Source of the DNA: Macrostomum hystrix
Lineage: Eukaryota > Animalia > Platyhelminthes
Reading direction: 5' to 3'
Length of the DNA stretch: 64,000 nt
Assembly (NCBI GenBank): GCA_950097015.1
Contig: CATNEN010000001.1
Coordinates: 19,406,001-19,470,000 of the forward strand
The position numbers and the translations under genes were made by a program. Numbering within the stretch: the stretch's first letter is position 1; the number at the start of each line of letters is the position of its first letter. The notes under the pieces were generated by a model. The model worked only from the letters and a program-made list of their open reading frames with translations. It did no database searches and was not told the origin of the DNA. Shown piece by piece: positions 35,001 to 48,407 of the stretch.

Positions 35001-36906
35001 GTGCATGCACGGTAATACTATGCAGCAGTGATACATTTACAGACGTCTACAGTATGTATTCTCATTTCAGGAGACTCCTCAGGCATTTGCCTCGCTGTCA
35101 GCTGACACGAGGAAGAAAGCAGCTGGGGTCATGGCACATTTGCGCAGCATCCTTGACTATGCCAGTGACCGTTGGTCAACCCTTCGCAAGGTCACCATCC
35201 TGTCCGACTCTCCGTCCTCGCAATACCGCAATCGGTACTGCTTGTACCTAATGCGACAAGAGATGCAGGCACGTGGCATCAACGCATGGGAGTGGCTCTT
35301 TTCTGAAGCAGGCCACGGCAAGGGTGCTGCTGATGGAGTTGGCGCCGCCATCAAGCGCAGATGTGACGCTGCCGTCTCAAAAGGCTTCACTGTAGAGACC
35401 CCTAGCCATGTCATCAGTGCTGTCAAGGAGTCTGATGATTCGACGAAGATCCTGCTATTTGAGGTAAAGTCAGTATAATTACATTTATCATATTTTTCCT
35501 ACTTTTTATTGTGCCATTTGTACTTATCACACCCGTAGGTCACTAGCCGCGACATCGACCATGCACAGGCAGTGCTGGATGAGGCCACCGTCCCACCAAT
35601 GAAGGGTCTATCACGCTGTCATCAGGTGTGCGGAAATGCACTCCAGCAGTCCACTGTGTACCGTGAGCTCGCCTGCCGCTGTGCAAGTGACCCCATGCAG
35701 TGCACGTGCCACGGCACCAAGGTTTGGGGTGGCACGGACACCGATCAACGCCAACCAGCGCGGGATATGACTCCTGAAGCTCCTGAAGCTCATGTGGGCA
35801 GCTACGTGGCTGTTTCGTATGAGACCAGGGGTCGCATCGACTGGCACATTGGCCAGGTCACAGCTGTTGATGGTGGGAACCTGACAGTTTCTTACATGAC
35901 CAAGCTGCCAGGTGACAGGTATGTTGTAACAGTGAATGCTACAACTTTAAATTATATTGAATACTTTCAAGCTCAGTTACATTCTGGGAGGTCATATTTA
36001 CTTTGCAGACTGTACTGGTCCCCCAAACCTGATGTCCTTGATGTTGAGCGCGCGTCGGTGCTGTGGGTCCTGCAGACAGTGCCAGAGATCTGCCCAGGGA
36101 CGTCTGGCTCCAGGCGTGTTGTGTGTCAGCTATCGAAAGACGATGTGGAGCATGTCCAGTCCGCATTTGCTGCCGAAGGCTGACACTCAATTCAGCTTGA
36201 GTCTCGAACTGTCCACTGAGCACTTCATCAGACTTAATGCTACTTACACTTGCTTACACCAACTGTACTTTAAGTCCCGCGTGTTGCTTGATATGCTTGC
36301 TAAGTTCTGTTGTTATATTACTGGCATTCATCAAGTTTGAACTGCACACGCGGTGAAGCAAGAAAAAAAGGAAAACGCATTATGGACACGAATTTTGTGA
36401 AGTAAATTAGTTTTAGTTTTTATTCTATAAAAAGCGAGCGGTATATCCGAATGAGTTATCTAGAGATAATAGCTGCAAACCTAAAAACGTTATGCACGGC
36501 TTTATAGTGTATTTAAATTACGACATACTAATATAACAAATCAAACTAAATAGCATGTTTAACTTAGAACTACACGCTTAAAAACTTGCACATGTGTCTT
36601 TAGTTTTCATTCTGATCGAGTAATCTAGCACATAAAGCATATAGGAAGTATACAAATAGTTGTCATCTGAGCGACGCGTCATTGTCATCTGAGCGACGGT
36701 AGTGTCATCTGAGCGACGGGTGAATGTCATCTGAGCGACGGTCTGTAAAAAAAATATAATATTTAAGACAGTTAGGCACAGGAAAACTGCTTTCGACTTA
36801 ATATTTATACAGTATATGATGTGAGTGATGATTTAAAATGCTTTCGCCAATACATAAGTAAAAAAATTAAATTTACAACATGTGTGTATTTTTTTGGGAA
36901 ACACCC
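32089..36906 (+). mobile_element. Sola2-type DNA transposon, 4.8 kb, 4-bp TSD AGCT
   Basis: AGCT|GGGTATTTCCCAA ... TTGGGAAACACCC|AGCT; subterminal TGTCATCTGAGCGACG motifs at about 32487, 32687 and four times at 36661-36740. Confidence 0.85.
32934..36183 (+). CDS. Sola2-type DDD transposase, 7 exons (32934-33725, 33886-34263, 34355-34594, 34687-34941, 35071-35463, 35539-35918, 36009-36183), ~870 aa, open
   Basis: All GT-AG junctions in phase; motifs KQQKRYL, FYRWRP, CMCMPCAN, VDYSENF, QSCHF, SDSPSSQYRN, EAGHGKGAADGVG. Confidence 0.85.
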
Positions 36907-37090
36907 AGCTGCTTGTTTCGTACTCAATCGAGTCGATTCATTTGATCAATTACATTTTTCATATTTATTCTTTAAATTCGATCCCCCGCTCCCTCTATCC
37001 TTACTTTTATATTTAATTCTTAGGCCAAGGCCTATTTAAATTAGGGCCTATTGTGAAGACAATTAAGACTATACATACTATATTTACTTA

Positions 37091-37345
37091 ATTGCACACT
37101 GCGTAGCACCTAATTCAGTTTATTTGCACACTGCGTAGCACCTAATTCAGTTTATTTGCACACTGTGTAGCACCTAATTCAGTTTATTTGCACACTGCGT
37201 AGCACCTAATTCAGTTTATTTGCACACTGCGTAGCACCTAATTCAGTTTATTTGCACACTGCGTAGCACCTAATTCAGTTTATTTGCACACTGCGTAACA
37301 CCTAATTCAGTTTATTTGCACACTGCGTAACACCTAATTAAGTTT
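37091..37345. repeat. 32-bp tandem repeat (~8 copies) just upstream of the pogo transposase
   Basis: Unit TTTATTTGCACACTGCGTAGCACCTAATTCAG. Confidence 0.95.
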
Positions 37346-37401
37346 ACTGACTTCATTTTATTTATTATTTATTGGCTCGTATTTAATTCATCTGCCAAAC
37401 A

Positions 37402-40400
37402 ATGAAGACTAATTTTAAGGCCAGGCAACTCGTTAAGAAGCTTAAGCAGGAAAGCTTTAATGCAGCTATTGATGAGGTCGTGCACCGAATTCAAAGCAGG
37501 CAGAGTGTTGACTATAGGCGCATCGCAGCTTCCCATGGAGTGTCAACAACCACACTCTACGACAAGGTGCGCAAGCTGCGAGATGGCCAGGAACTCGTGG
37601 AGCGCAACACCAACAAGCGTTACTTTACCGACGCTGAGGAGGCGACTTTCGTGGGCGCCATTGTGCAAGCCGCCAAGCAGCAGATTCCGGTAACACGGAA
37701 GCAGCTGCTTGAGATGGCTTCCAAGACCCTCGTCAATTGTGCTGCGGATGATCGAACAGGTCTGCGCATCATCAAGGAGGTAAGAAGTGGCTTTTAGCTT
37801 TGAAAATGCATAATTTTCAAACTGACCTCTATAGTGTAACCATGCATATCCCCCTCATCCTTCCGCATCTCTCCTAGGTCTAATCATCCCACAACTCCCC
37901 TAATCATCCCGCATCTCCCCTAATCATCCCACATCTCCCCTAATCATCCCACATCTCCCCTAATCATCCCACAACTCCCCTAATCATCCCACAACTCCCT
38001 AATCATCCCACAACTCCCCTAATCATCCCACAACTCCCCTAATCATCCCACATCTCCCCTAATCATCCTACAACTCCCCTAATAATCCCACATCTCCCCT
38101 AATCATCCTACAACTCCCCTAATCATTCCGCATCTGCCCTCATCGTTCGGAATCTTCCTCCTCATCATTCTCTATTTTTTATGCTGAAAATGCCTATTAG
38201 CTTTTGTTGCCGTTTATAATTGGTCTATCTCAAACAATTTAAAATTCTTCGAGCTATTCATATCGTCCTAATATTTATTAAAGTTTTGGTACTGAAAGTC
38301 TATAGAAAGTCGTGCTTTGCTACGTAAATATTATAAGTTTTCCTTTTTTGTTTCTGAGGAATTCGGGGCGATTATTCTAAGCCTCTGAGGTATTCTTATT
38401 CATTCATTGTACTCCTAGATAATTACTCATATGAGCTCATGCTGACACTGATGAAACTGAAACCACAACCACCAGGCCAGTAGCTTCACATTGACCAAGG
38501 GTTGGCTAGATTCATTTCTGAGTCGCCATCCTGTGCTCGCACTGAGGACACCCCAGGCAGTAAATCCGGCTCGGACCCTAGTTACGGAGAAGCGAATCCG
38601 CGACTGGTTCATTGAACTGGCGGACTTTGAGCTGGAGGCCACTGCTCTGTTGGACGGCGCCCTGCAGGATCCGAGCCGTATTTTCAACTGTGACGAGCTA
38701 GGCGTCCCCCAAGGGCTGAAGTCACATGCGGTTTTGGCCCCAAAGGGAATGCTGAACGTCATTCAGAAGGTGTACGGCAGTGACCGCAAGCACACGACCG
38801 TCCTGGCTGCCGTGCAATGCGCTAGCAAGCTGCTGCCGCCACATTTTGTACTTCCTGGCAAAAAGCAATTTTCCGATAATAAGTACCCCAGCGACTGCCG
38901 TTTCTCTGTGTCAGAAACTGGCTGGATGACAGCTGTCGTTTTTCAAGAATTCATCCGCAAAACCTTCATCCCCTTCCTGCAGCAGGAAAACATCCGGCGG
39001 CCAGTAGTCCTTTTTACAGATCTGCATGAGTCCCGGCTGTCAATCGATGTCCTGGAGTTGCTGAGGGAGGAGCGGATCGTCCTCTACGGTCTAGTGCCCA
39101 ACGCAACCCATGTGATGCAGCCGCTGGATCTGGCTGTGTTTCGTTCGGTGAAGGGCGGCTGGCGTGAGCTTCTGGCAGAGCGATCACGGCAGATGGCGGT
39201 TGGTGAAACTATTAGCCGACTGCAGTTTGTCCAGCTCTTCCGCAAAACTATCCAGCAGAGAGCGACTGAGCAGAACATCCGCTCAGGATTCAGGAAGGCT
39301 GGTATCTTCCCGCGAAATCCTAACGCATTGGCCTTCGACAAACTGACCTACAAACACAAAGCTGCATTTCCGATCTATGCCGGGACGCCGGAAGCAGCAG
39401 CCAGCTATCCAAGCAGTGCTGCGCAACTGGGACAACGGCCAGAAAAAGCCAATCGCGCCTGCCAGACAGTATGCGGCTCAGTCGAACAGTGCTTTGAGCA
39501 TGTCCTTGGCTTTCAACGGCTGCAGCAATTAAAGACAGGTCCGTTGATAGACTCCGACCGTCCATGGAAGGATCTGCTGGACTTGTTGACAGGCAATGTC
39601 GACTGCTCACTTGCTAGCGAGGAGCACGTCTCACCCCCCTTCTCTGCCGCATCTGTGAGCCACGACGTTTGCAGCAGCCCGAGAGCTTAGAGCCTGGACG
39701 ACACCTGTGACACCCAGCCCATGGTTAACGAAGAAAGGATGGACACAAATTCCGAGCCTTCGAAAGGTAAGATTATTAGATTTCTTAAAAAGCGGAATTT
39801 TCACGCCTCTTTTCATCGATCATTCCCTCTAGCTCTTATTACACCATTCCCTCGCTTATTCCTCCATTCCCTCTTTTATCCCGCCATTCCCTCTCTTATT
39901 CCGCCATTCCCTCTCTTATCCCGCCATTCCCTTTTTTATTCCGTCATTCCCTCTCTTTTTCCGCCAACTTGTTTTCGGTTATTTCTCTATTTATCAATCA
40001 TTCCTGAACTTTATAATTTCCCAGTTCAGTCTTTGGAATGTAATATCGAGCCTTCTTATAGTTTTTTACTGCATTTTGTACATATTGACAGTATTAAATT
40101 TGTAAACATTTCGTTCTATCATATATCAACAGGGCAATTCTCGCCAGCTTCATCGGTGTCGGATGCCTGCAGGGCCACTGTCAACGACCTGCTAGCAGCG
40201 GCTCAAAGGCGCCCATCGACAAGGCCTGGACCAACTCGACGGCGCAAGTCTGTCTTTCAGGAGATACCCCATTCCAACTTAACTAGCAAATCAACCCTCT
40301 CTTATTTTAGAAATAGAGACCATCGCCGGAGAAACTTTTTGCAGGCAGCCAAGATCAAAAAGATCGTACGCGAAGACAAGCTGAGGAGGCGTCGCGAACA

Positions 40401-41280
40401 ACTAGCTGCCAAGCAGAAGGGCGCAGTTCACAGGTTGGCATCCAGTACCGCTCAGCCTGTCAGAATGCCGGAGTCCGATGCCATCGCTGCGCTGACTTCA
40501 ATTGCGGCAAGCCTCGAATGCCGGCTAGGAGACGTTGCCCGTCTGGGAAACTGCTTCTTCGAGAGCATCGAGAAGCTGCTGGCGGTCGAAGGCATCAAGG
40601 CGAACGCAAATGAACTGCGGCAAAAGGCTTGCGACTATCTGCTTGAAAATCCAACGATTGCTGGAGAGCCTGTGTCGCGTTTTCTGCAGGAGCCTTTCGA
40701 TTCTTATCTGCGAAAAATGCGGTCTTTAAGTACATATGCTGATCATGTAATAATTCATTCACTTATCCATGCATTGAGTAGGGAGATCAGCATCTATCAG
40801 CCTGGTGCAGTGGTGCCGATCCTGATCAAGCCGCATTCAGCAACCGGAGCTCAGTTAAGGGTGGCCCACATCCCCGAGGCCCACTACATGCCACTTTTGC
40901 CACTCGAGTGCACGCTGCCATCTGAAACATCGCCTGGTCTCACTGTGGACGGATGGGCGCTCGTAGCAGTACAAGCGATGCGTGCTGGAAGGTCCAGCAA
41001 GGCCTCTAGCTGCCAGTTCTACCCTTGCCGTGTACTACAGCTTGCCAATGGTCATGCGCGAGTGTCTGCTTGTCGCGAGACTCTGTCCGGCTGGTTAGCG
41101 GGAGGCATGAAGCCATTCACTTTTCCATGCCCAGACGACATCTTCGATGCGGCCGAATCTGAGCTGTGTGCCTTGCCAGCACCCCATGGACCACGGTACG
41201 GCAGAGGACACAGCTTCCTGTGGGACAAGGCTACCCTGATCACGGCGCGCAACTGCATTCAGCTTTCCAGCAATCAGTGA
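37402..41280 (+). CDS. pogo-like transposase (HTH + CENP-B-like HTH + DDE_1) spliced to a C-terminal OTU-like cysteine protease; exons 37402-37779, 38476-39766, 40133-41280; in-frame TAG at 39688-39690
   Basis: YRRIAASHGVSTTTLYD; GWLDSFLSRHP; IFNCDELG; SETGWM; LFTDLHESR; PNATHVMQPLDLAVF; OTU motifs LGNCFFESI, LRQKACDYL, YLRKM..TYADH, AHY. Confidence 0.8.
37880..38135. repeat. 20-bp intronic minisatellite (TAATCATCCCACA[A/T]CTCCCC)
   Basis: Directly visible. Confidence 0.95.
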
Positions 41281-41427
41281 GCTTTTAAAAATGTTATACA
41301 TTCTATCACGTTAATTTCATCACTTTAAGTCATCCAAAGTTTTCATTTTCTGCTTTCATCTCAGAATGTATTGTTCTATTTAATTTGTTCTGTAATTGCC
41401 TTTGATGTTTTTCCATATCCCTGTCAA

Positions 41428-41914
41428 CTGTCATTCCCATCCTCTAATACCTGTCATTTCCATCCTCTATTACCTGTCATTCCCATCCTCTATTACCTGT
41501 CATTCCCATCCTCTATTACCTGTCATTTCCATCCTCTATTACCTGTCATTCCCATCCTCTATTGCCTGTCATTTCCATCCTCTATTACCTGTCATTTCCA
41601 TCCTCTATTACCTGTCATTTCCATCCTCTATTGCCTGTCATTTCCATCCTCTATTACCTGTCATTCCCATCCTCTATTACCTGTCATTCCCATCCTCTAT
41701 TACCTGTCATTCCCATCCTCTATTACCTGTCATTTCCATCCTCTATTACCTGTCATTTCCATCCTCTATTGCCTGTCATTCCCATCCTCTATTACCTGTC
41801 ATTCCCATCCTCTATTGCCTGTCATTCCCATCCTCTATTACCTGTCATTCCCATCCTCTATTACCTGTCATTCCCATCCTCTATTACCTGTCATTCCCAT
41901 CCTCTTTACCTGTC
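41428..41914. repeat. 23-bp minisatellite (TCATT[C/T]CCATCCTCTATTACCTG)
   Basis: Directly visible. Confidence 0.95.
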
Positions 41915-42120
41915 GATTCAAAACCCAGGTGAAATATGTAGCGCAAGCGAGTCAGTGACGGGCAGAATTGCATATGCACACACATTGAATTCAGCTTGTT
42001 AAAAATGTACTTCTGCCCGTTGCTGGCGGTGTGCACTGCTAACACAACAGTCCCCTCTCGCTTTCCATCCACGTCCAAATTTTTTACTTCAATGATCACT
42101 GATTAAATTATCTTTAATTA

Positions 42121-42648
42121 TTGCGCAATCATGGCATCATAAATAATAACACCAACGAGATTGTGATTGTAATGAGCGGTGGGAGAATGAGAATGGGGGA
42201 TGCTTGAGCAAAGCCAAGGGGAACAGTTTTAAAAAATGTGCTCTGGTTTTGGAAAATGTGCGAAAATGAGCATTTATGAGCCTAACCAAGAATTCTATTG
42301 TTTATTTGTTTTCTTCTTAATATAGGCCAGCGGAAGGGTGACTTATATGTCATGGATCAGGGCTTTGCATGTAGTTGCTAAGGCATATTAAGCTTATGTG
42401 TATATGAAGCTTATAGGGCGGAGCCCCCAGAGCCACCCACCCCTCAGTTATTTCACACATCCATTGTTTCTCAAGTGTGCTCAGTTTGACATGCATAAAA
42501 TCGTTAGGGCTAGCAAAAGCCGCATGATTGCGCAATTCACTGCCTCCAGAAGCCAGTCTTAATTTGCGACAGTTTTTCTCGTCTCCTCTCGCCCCAGTCC
42601 CAAGTGCCAGTGTTGCTCTCTCGTTGTCTGCTGGGGAATGGCCAGCTC
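42121..42648. repeat. ~530-bp internal inverted repeat, right arm
   Basis: Reverse complement of 29671-30202. Confidence 0.95.
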
Positions 42649-45600
42649 CATTCAACTGATCTTTCTCTCATCTGTCTCTTTTAAAGAAAGGTTTAACTCG
42701 ACATACCATTCTCCCTGCAATTTGGTCTAGTAGGCCAGAGGAGGAGGTCAATTTTTTCAAGCTTTGTAGAAACTGTGTCCCTGGGCTGTTTGGTTCTGAG
42801 CAAGTGTATAATTTAAGAGTAAGTCCGTTTTCACTTGGCTTTGCTTTAGGTCTTTCATTTTTTTATTTGAATTTTTAATAAAGAAAACAAAATTGTGTCG
42901 TTATGCATCATGACCGGGTTTAACTACTGTAAGTAGACACAATAGAATTATTTGCGAAATGCACAACAGCTACAAAAAATGAAAATGCGGCAATGGCATT
43001 TAATCTATAGGCACAAAAACCAATTTTTAATTCCACAAATCTGTGAGTTTTTGAGTCTAAGAAGCAATATATCCATACCTTACGATTTGTACAAACCATA
43101 AACTCTTTTAAGAGGCTCAATTTTGTTTTAAATATGTGTTTTTTTTATGTTCGGTTTTGTGATTTTTCTGTTCAGTTGATGACACCAGGTATCTGAAATC
43201 CGAACAGATAGCAAATTTGGCATCATCAACCGAACAGACTATATTTTCAGCTAACGACTTTAGTAAACACAACGAATCATATTGCTGATGAGAGGATATT
43301 TATTCCTCTACTTAGCTCCGAAGACTATAAGGGGATATTCAAAACCATTTTTTTGTAATACAGTTTTTAGTAGAGGGCTGTATTTCCGCACACCTATGCT
43401 TCTAGGCAACATTTGAGACTTTTGCTTAACTTTGAATATGAATTTTACATGGGTCCTGATGTCTCTTTTCAGTGAAATCTATCTTATTTGATAGATAATG
43501 ATGTCTAGTTTATATGAACATGCAGCTTAAAACAGCCTAACAATATAGACAGCTTTGAGCAAACAATTTTCATTTCGACTCCCTTGTTCGGTTTTGAAGA
43601 TTCCTTGTTCGGTTTATGATGCTTCACCCTAAACAAATAGAGGAGATAAATACCGGCCATATTGTAAACGCTACCAGATTGAATACATAACGCTACCATA
43701 TTTGAATATCTAAACGCTACCAATTTGAAATTGAGATAAGAAATACATAAAGCGAAGAATTAAAGACATTCATAAGATTGACAAAGGTATAAAAGGCCTA
43801 CAACAACTTTGGTAACAGCAGTTGGATTGGCATTATTGGAAATAGAGTTTAGTAAGAATATAGACAGAGGCCTGTAACATTTCTTGCACTCACTCCCGCC
43901 CAACTTTTCCCGACTCCTGAGTCTCACTCCCGAGTTGTCGGGAATGGTGAAAAAAGCCCGACTCCCGAGTTTTCGGGTCCTGGTCGGTCTCTATTATCTA
44001 GCTTACCTCTAAATTCTAAAAAATGGCTAAAAAATATAACAAATTATGACAACATGCATATTTTAAAGATCCAATCTTATTGAAAAAATCGAAATCACAA
44101 ATGCAACAATAGTTGCTTATTTTGAGATTAGAAATTCATTTTAACTAAATTAATTTATAAAAAGAAATTTTAAAGCATTGAATCTAAATTATTGTTTAAC
44201 AGCAAGTACTGCCAAACTTATATATAAAATATACAAAAGATTGATAACATTATGACTTAACCATATTCATAAAAACTTACCTTTTGATTTGACTACCATA
44301 TCTAGTGTAAACACAAAATAGTATTTTAATTAGTTTAGGTGGACATCCTGTCATGGCACTGGAAACGACAGCTACACCAGATTCTCAGCTCTTGACAATG
44401 GATTCCAACAACTTGCTTCAAGGCTTATGTTATGTATTTTAGTTTTGGCTTAATGATTTCTATCCCACTAATGCTACCAAAGTTGTTTGAGGCCTTTCTT
44501 CTATCCATGATTTAGACCTATTTATTTCACTAATGTTGCCAAGTTGTTCTAAGGCTGTACCGGTTTGCATTAGCATTAGTTGTACCGGTTATTTCACTCG
44601 GCACGAGCAGGTTTTAAGTAGGCCCTACTGTATACTCTCATAGGCACTCAGTCCAATAAGGCATTACAATGGGGTGCCTCAACAGGGTCACAGCAATTCA
44701 GTCTCTCGTTGACTGCATCACAAGCTTCTCCCACTCTCTATCTCCTTAGAAAAATTAAATAACTCTTAACTATTTAAAGTGCCTAATTTCCTTGAGTTAT
44801 TCTTTTGCTTCATGCAGCACTGTCGCGTGGTGTATGAGATGGCAAATCGTCTTAATTATTTCGTCGGAGCAGTTTTATTATAGTTTTGTAATTTTTTTTA
44901 ATTTAAACAAATGATTTTCCAATGGGTCTATGAATTTTGCTAGCAGGAATTTTGCTTGCCCAACTTTGCTAACTTTGTTTTGCATAGGCGTTGGAACGAT
45001 TATAAAAGTGGGGGGCCAAGGCCCCCAATTTTTACGAGGTTCCAATTTTTTAAGCATTTTTTATCATGCATTCTATAGCAGGTTTTCTTGCTGCCTGCTA
45101 CCTTCTGCCGACACTAACCGAAAGACTTGAACTCGTACTGACCACAGAGGCCAACAATTATGAGTGTGAGACTCACATCTCAAAGCTTCAGTGCAGGAGC
45201 ATATCTACGAAGCAGTGTATTTTATATTCAAGCGATAAGGCACAGTGTTTAGCAGTAGGGGGGTCAGAGAGAGAGAGAGAGATATAAAAGATAACACACA
45301 AGCAGTTATCTCTCTGCCCCGCGTTGCCATGGCCCCCAACCCAACACACCAGCCCCGAGCATTCTAGGCACGAGTTCGCAGGCTGATAGGGTGCATAGGT
45401 TCTCGGTCTCTGCGTCATTGCTTTTCAGGCCGTCAGGTCAGCCGGTCTGGCTCGGTCAGGTCTATTTTGAGCGCTGGGTGGGTCGAAATGCAGATGAAGG
45501 TCGCTGATTGAAAGGAGAACCGATGTAAGCGCTTTTCAATCGCTTACACATTCATGCGAACCAGTAAAAATATAAACTATGAGTAAAAAAAACAAAAAAT

Positions 45601-48121
45601 CAAATTTCGCATTTAAAATGTGGAGGGACCAGATACAATTAAGTTGGATGCCATCCATTCTCAGGCTTAAGGTCGCATGGTTGCCTCCAAGGACTACAAG
45701 GATCAGTAGACTAACTCCTACAGTGGTCCTTTAGGTTGCCTGCAGACGACTGGGATAGTGTCGGGCATTTGTAGTGTGAGCATATTTTGTTATTGTAGGT
45801 TAGTAATAGCGAGTGTCCAGTCTACTTTAAGAACAACTAACTAATAGTAAGAAATTCACGCCTAGCCGGTCCGGGCCAGTCAGACGGGCAGCTAGACGCC
45901 AACCAACCCCGTCAACTCTCCCTGGGCTGGAGCCCCGGCCAATCAGATTGAGTTCCGGCCTCGCTGATTTTTCACCTTGGTGAGAAGACCACCCTTAGGC
46001 TATAGAAAGTGGCCGCAGGTCTACTGGCAGCCGGAGAGCCACCCCGCCAACCTCCCTAATCAGGGGCCAGTTCGGTCTATTTTAATAAACCGGGTTTTCG
46101 CCGTGTCCGAAAGCCCTTTTTGTCTAGACCTTCTGATTTTGATTCGCCTCACTTAGTGAGAAGCAAGAGAGCCTCACTCTAAGCGTGAGATTGCCAAGCT
46201 TTGATTTGTTCCACACGTAACCGACCACAAGCTGATCGCCGTCAGTTAGGTAGCTCTCGGCGTTCCGCGTCTTGAGGTGCACCGCTGGTCACGAATGGTC
46301 TAGATAGGCGCATGTTGTCAAAGTCAGTAAAAGTGCTCTCTTCGGAGACTCCGCCGTCCGGCAGAAGAAGTGCTAGCCGATAGGATCTGTCGGTGCAGCG
46401 CCGAAAGCCGAGATAGCAGGGCCTCGTCCGCAGAGAGTTGGGCGTGGTTTGGGCCAGCTAAGTAAAACAATATAATTTTTCATCTTTTTTCTACTGAGTC
46501 TCGCTGTTTAACTCCTAACTATCTACTCTCATAATTTAATATATCAGTATTTGCGTTTTAAACCGTGTTATTTATTTTCTCTGGGAGATTCTAGTTGTGT
46601 CAATTATCCACTGCTACTCTGAACTGATTGGTAGTACACCAATCCTGTTGAGTAGGCTCTTACTCGTAGCTTTAAATCCTGTTGATGCTCCAAGTAGGTT
46701 TTCTATTTGTCAAATACGAGCTATTACGCCTTTGGTTGATTTTTGCTAGGCTCTGAAGTCTCATAAGAAATTTCCTACTTGCTGTAACACTGTCACTTAA
46801 AAAATGAAACACTGCAGAGATGGATACAGATGACATATTTGAAACTGGGCACTGAAAGCAAAAGCTAAATCATTGTTTTGATGGCAGATGCATTTATATT
46901 TCTTGATTGTAACTTTAGTTTAACAAGAATGGGCCAACTAATCGTACTTTGTATATTTACAACTGGACAGTAATGAAGTGTTACACAAAGCAAAACAACA
47001 AACTGAATGTGACAGCCAAGGCAAATCACAATTACGAGCACAATCACAGACGCGATTTCAAACTTTCTGGACTCGATTGTGAGTACATATTTTCCGGTTA
47101 ATCATCCAATCACGAAGCTAGTGTGGGGTGGTTGTGACAATCCCCATGGCCTATATCTAAATCCACACAGTGACCAGATCAGCAGATGAAGAGAGAAACG
47201 TTTTTTGCTGGGCCATTGCAAAACTAATACAGAAAGAAACACCAGGTAAAATAGAATTGCGAATTACACAGACACAAACACTGAATACTACAATAGTCAG
47301 CTAACGCGAATGAAACTGCTCCGATGACATAATTGGGCCATTCCAAATGTTTTTGCACTCATGTTGCTACATGACAAGACATGACGAGACGCTATTTAAC
47401 TAACATTTGAAATGACCATTGAACACAAACTCTCTAGAAATGAACGATAAACAACACTGACATTGTGTCGATACAAACTTCAATCACATTGGTCGCATGA
47501 ATGACTCGGATCACTGAAGCAACAATTAAGACAATACTGGAACAGAGGATTAAGCTGGATAGAAACACGAAAAACAGCAAGCAATTCGAAATGAAAAGAG
47601 AAACAAAAGCAGACTTTTAAATCAGTCCAAAAAATTCTAACCTGCTGTTTAAGCAGAGGTAACAAAAGTTAGTTTAACACAATTTATAAAGAAAAACGCA
47701 ACAACAGGACTAAAAAACACACTGATTGGAGACAGAAAAAGCAAATAAAGAAACTGGAATACCGAATCTGGTCAGAATCTCAAAATCAACTCAAAGTGAA
47801 TTATGCCTGCATGTTTGCACGAGAAGTCGCCACTGGATGTGCTACAAACAGCGACGAACAAAATTACTATTTATATGCTTTATGGAATTCTAAATCTATC
47901 TAGAAAGAAAAACAGCGAATAACAACAGTAACCGAAACTTAGGAGTAAAAAGCCAGCGTCGATCAAGCAATCAACAATCAGCAGTAGATAAAAAATCAGA
48001 AAATTGATCAATCGACTTATCGGGATACAAAATTGGCAAGACACAGACAGACAGTGTTTGATGATTGAGGTTTGACTGCAAATAAAATGACGAAGGAACA
48101 AGGACATGGATGGTTCTTGAT

Positions 48122-48368
48122 TCATTTTCCCGCCTTTTGCTGCTGCTGCTGCAGGGTTCTCCGCCTCAGCTTGTCGCTGGGCGGTAGGATCTTGTCGTGC
48201 CGGACAAACAGACCGTGTCTCGGCCGGCATTTGAAATATTTAACGCCTTTCACTGAGCCGTCATTCCTGCCCTCGGGCTGGTCGAGCTCGACCCCCACCC
48301 AGGTGCCAGGCGCGAACTGGGTGGCGCCGCAGAATCTGACAAAGCCGGGCAGCTTGCTAGAGACCTGG

Positions 48369-48407
<39 letters not shown>

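Larger units (their letters stand above)
28721..43629 (+). mobile_element. pogo-type (Tc1/mariner superfamily) element, ~14.9 kb including the nested Sola2; TA TSD
   Basis: TA|GGGTAAAGCATCATCAACCGAACAAG ... CTTGTTCGGTTTATGATGCTTCACCC|TA (26-bp TIR, 2 mismatches); repeated CCGAAC subterminal motifs at both ends; encloses a DDE_1 transposase. Confidence 0.8.

Noticed and set aside
43866-45640. hAT/MITE-like ends (AGGCCTGTAAC, GGTCGGTCTCTA, CATAGGCGTTGG)
   Set aside because: Unpaired termini with no TSD; the match to the giant-element TIR is only about 11 bp.
45770-46790. Possible solo LTR or retroelement fragment
   Set aside because: No matching termini, TSD or coding motif could be established.
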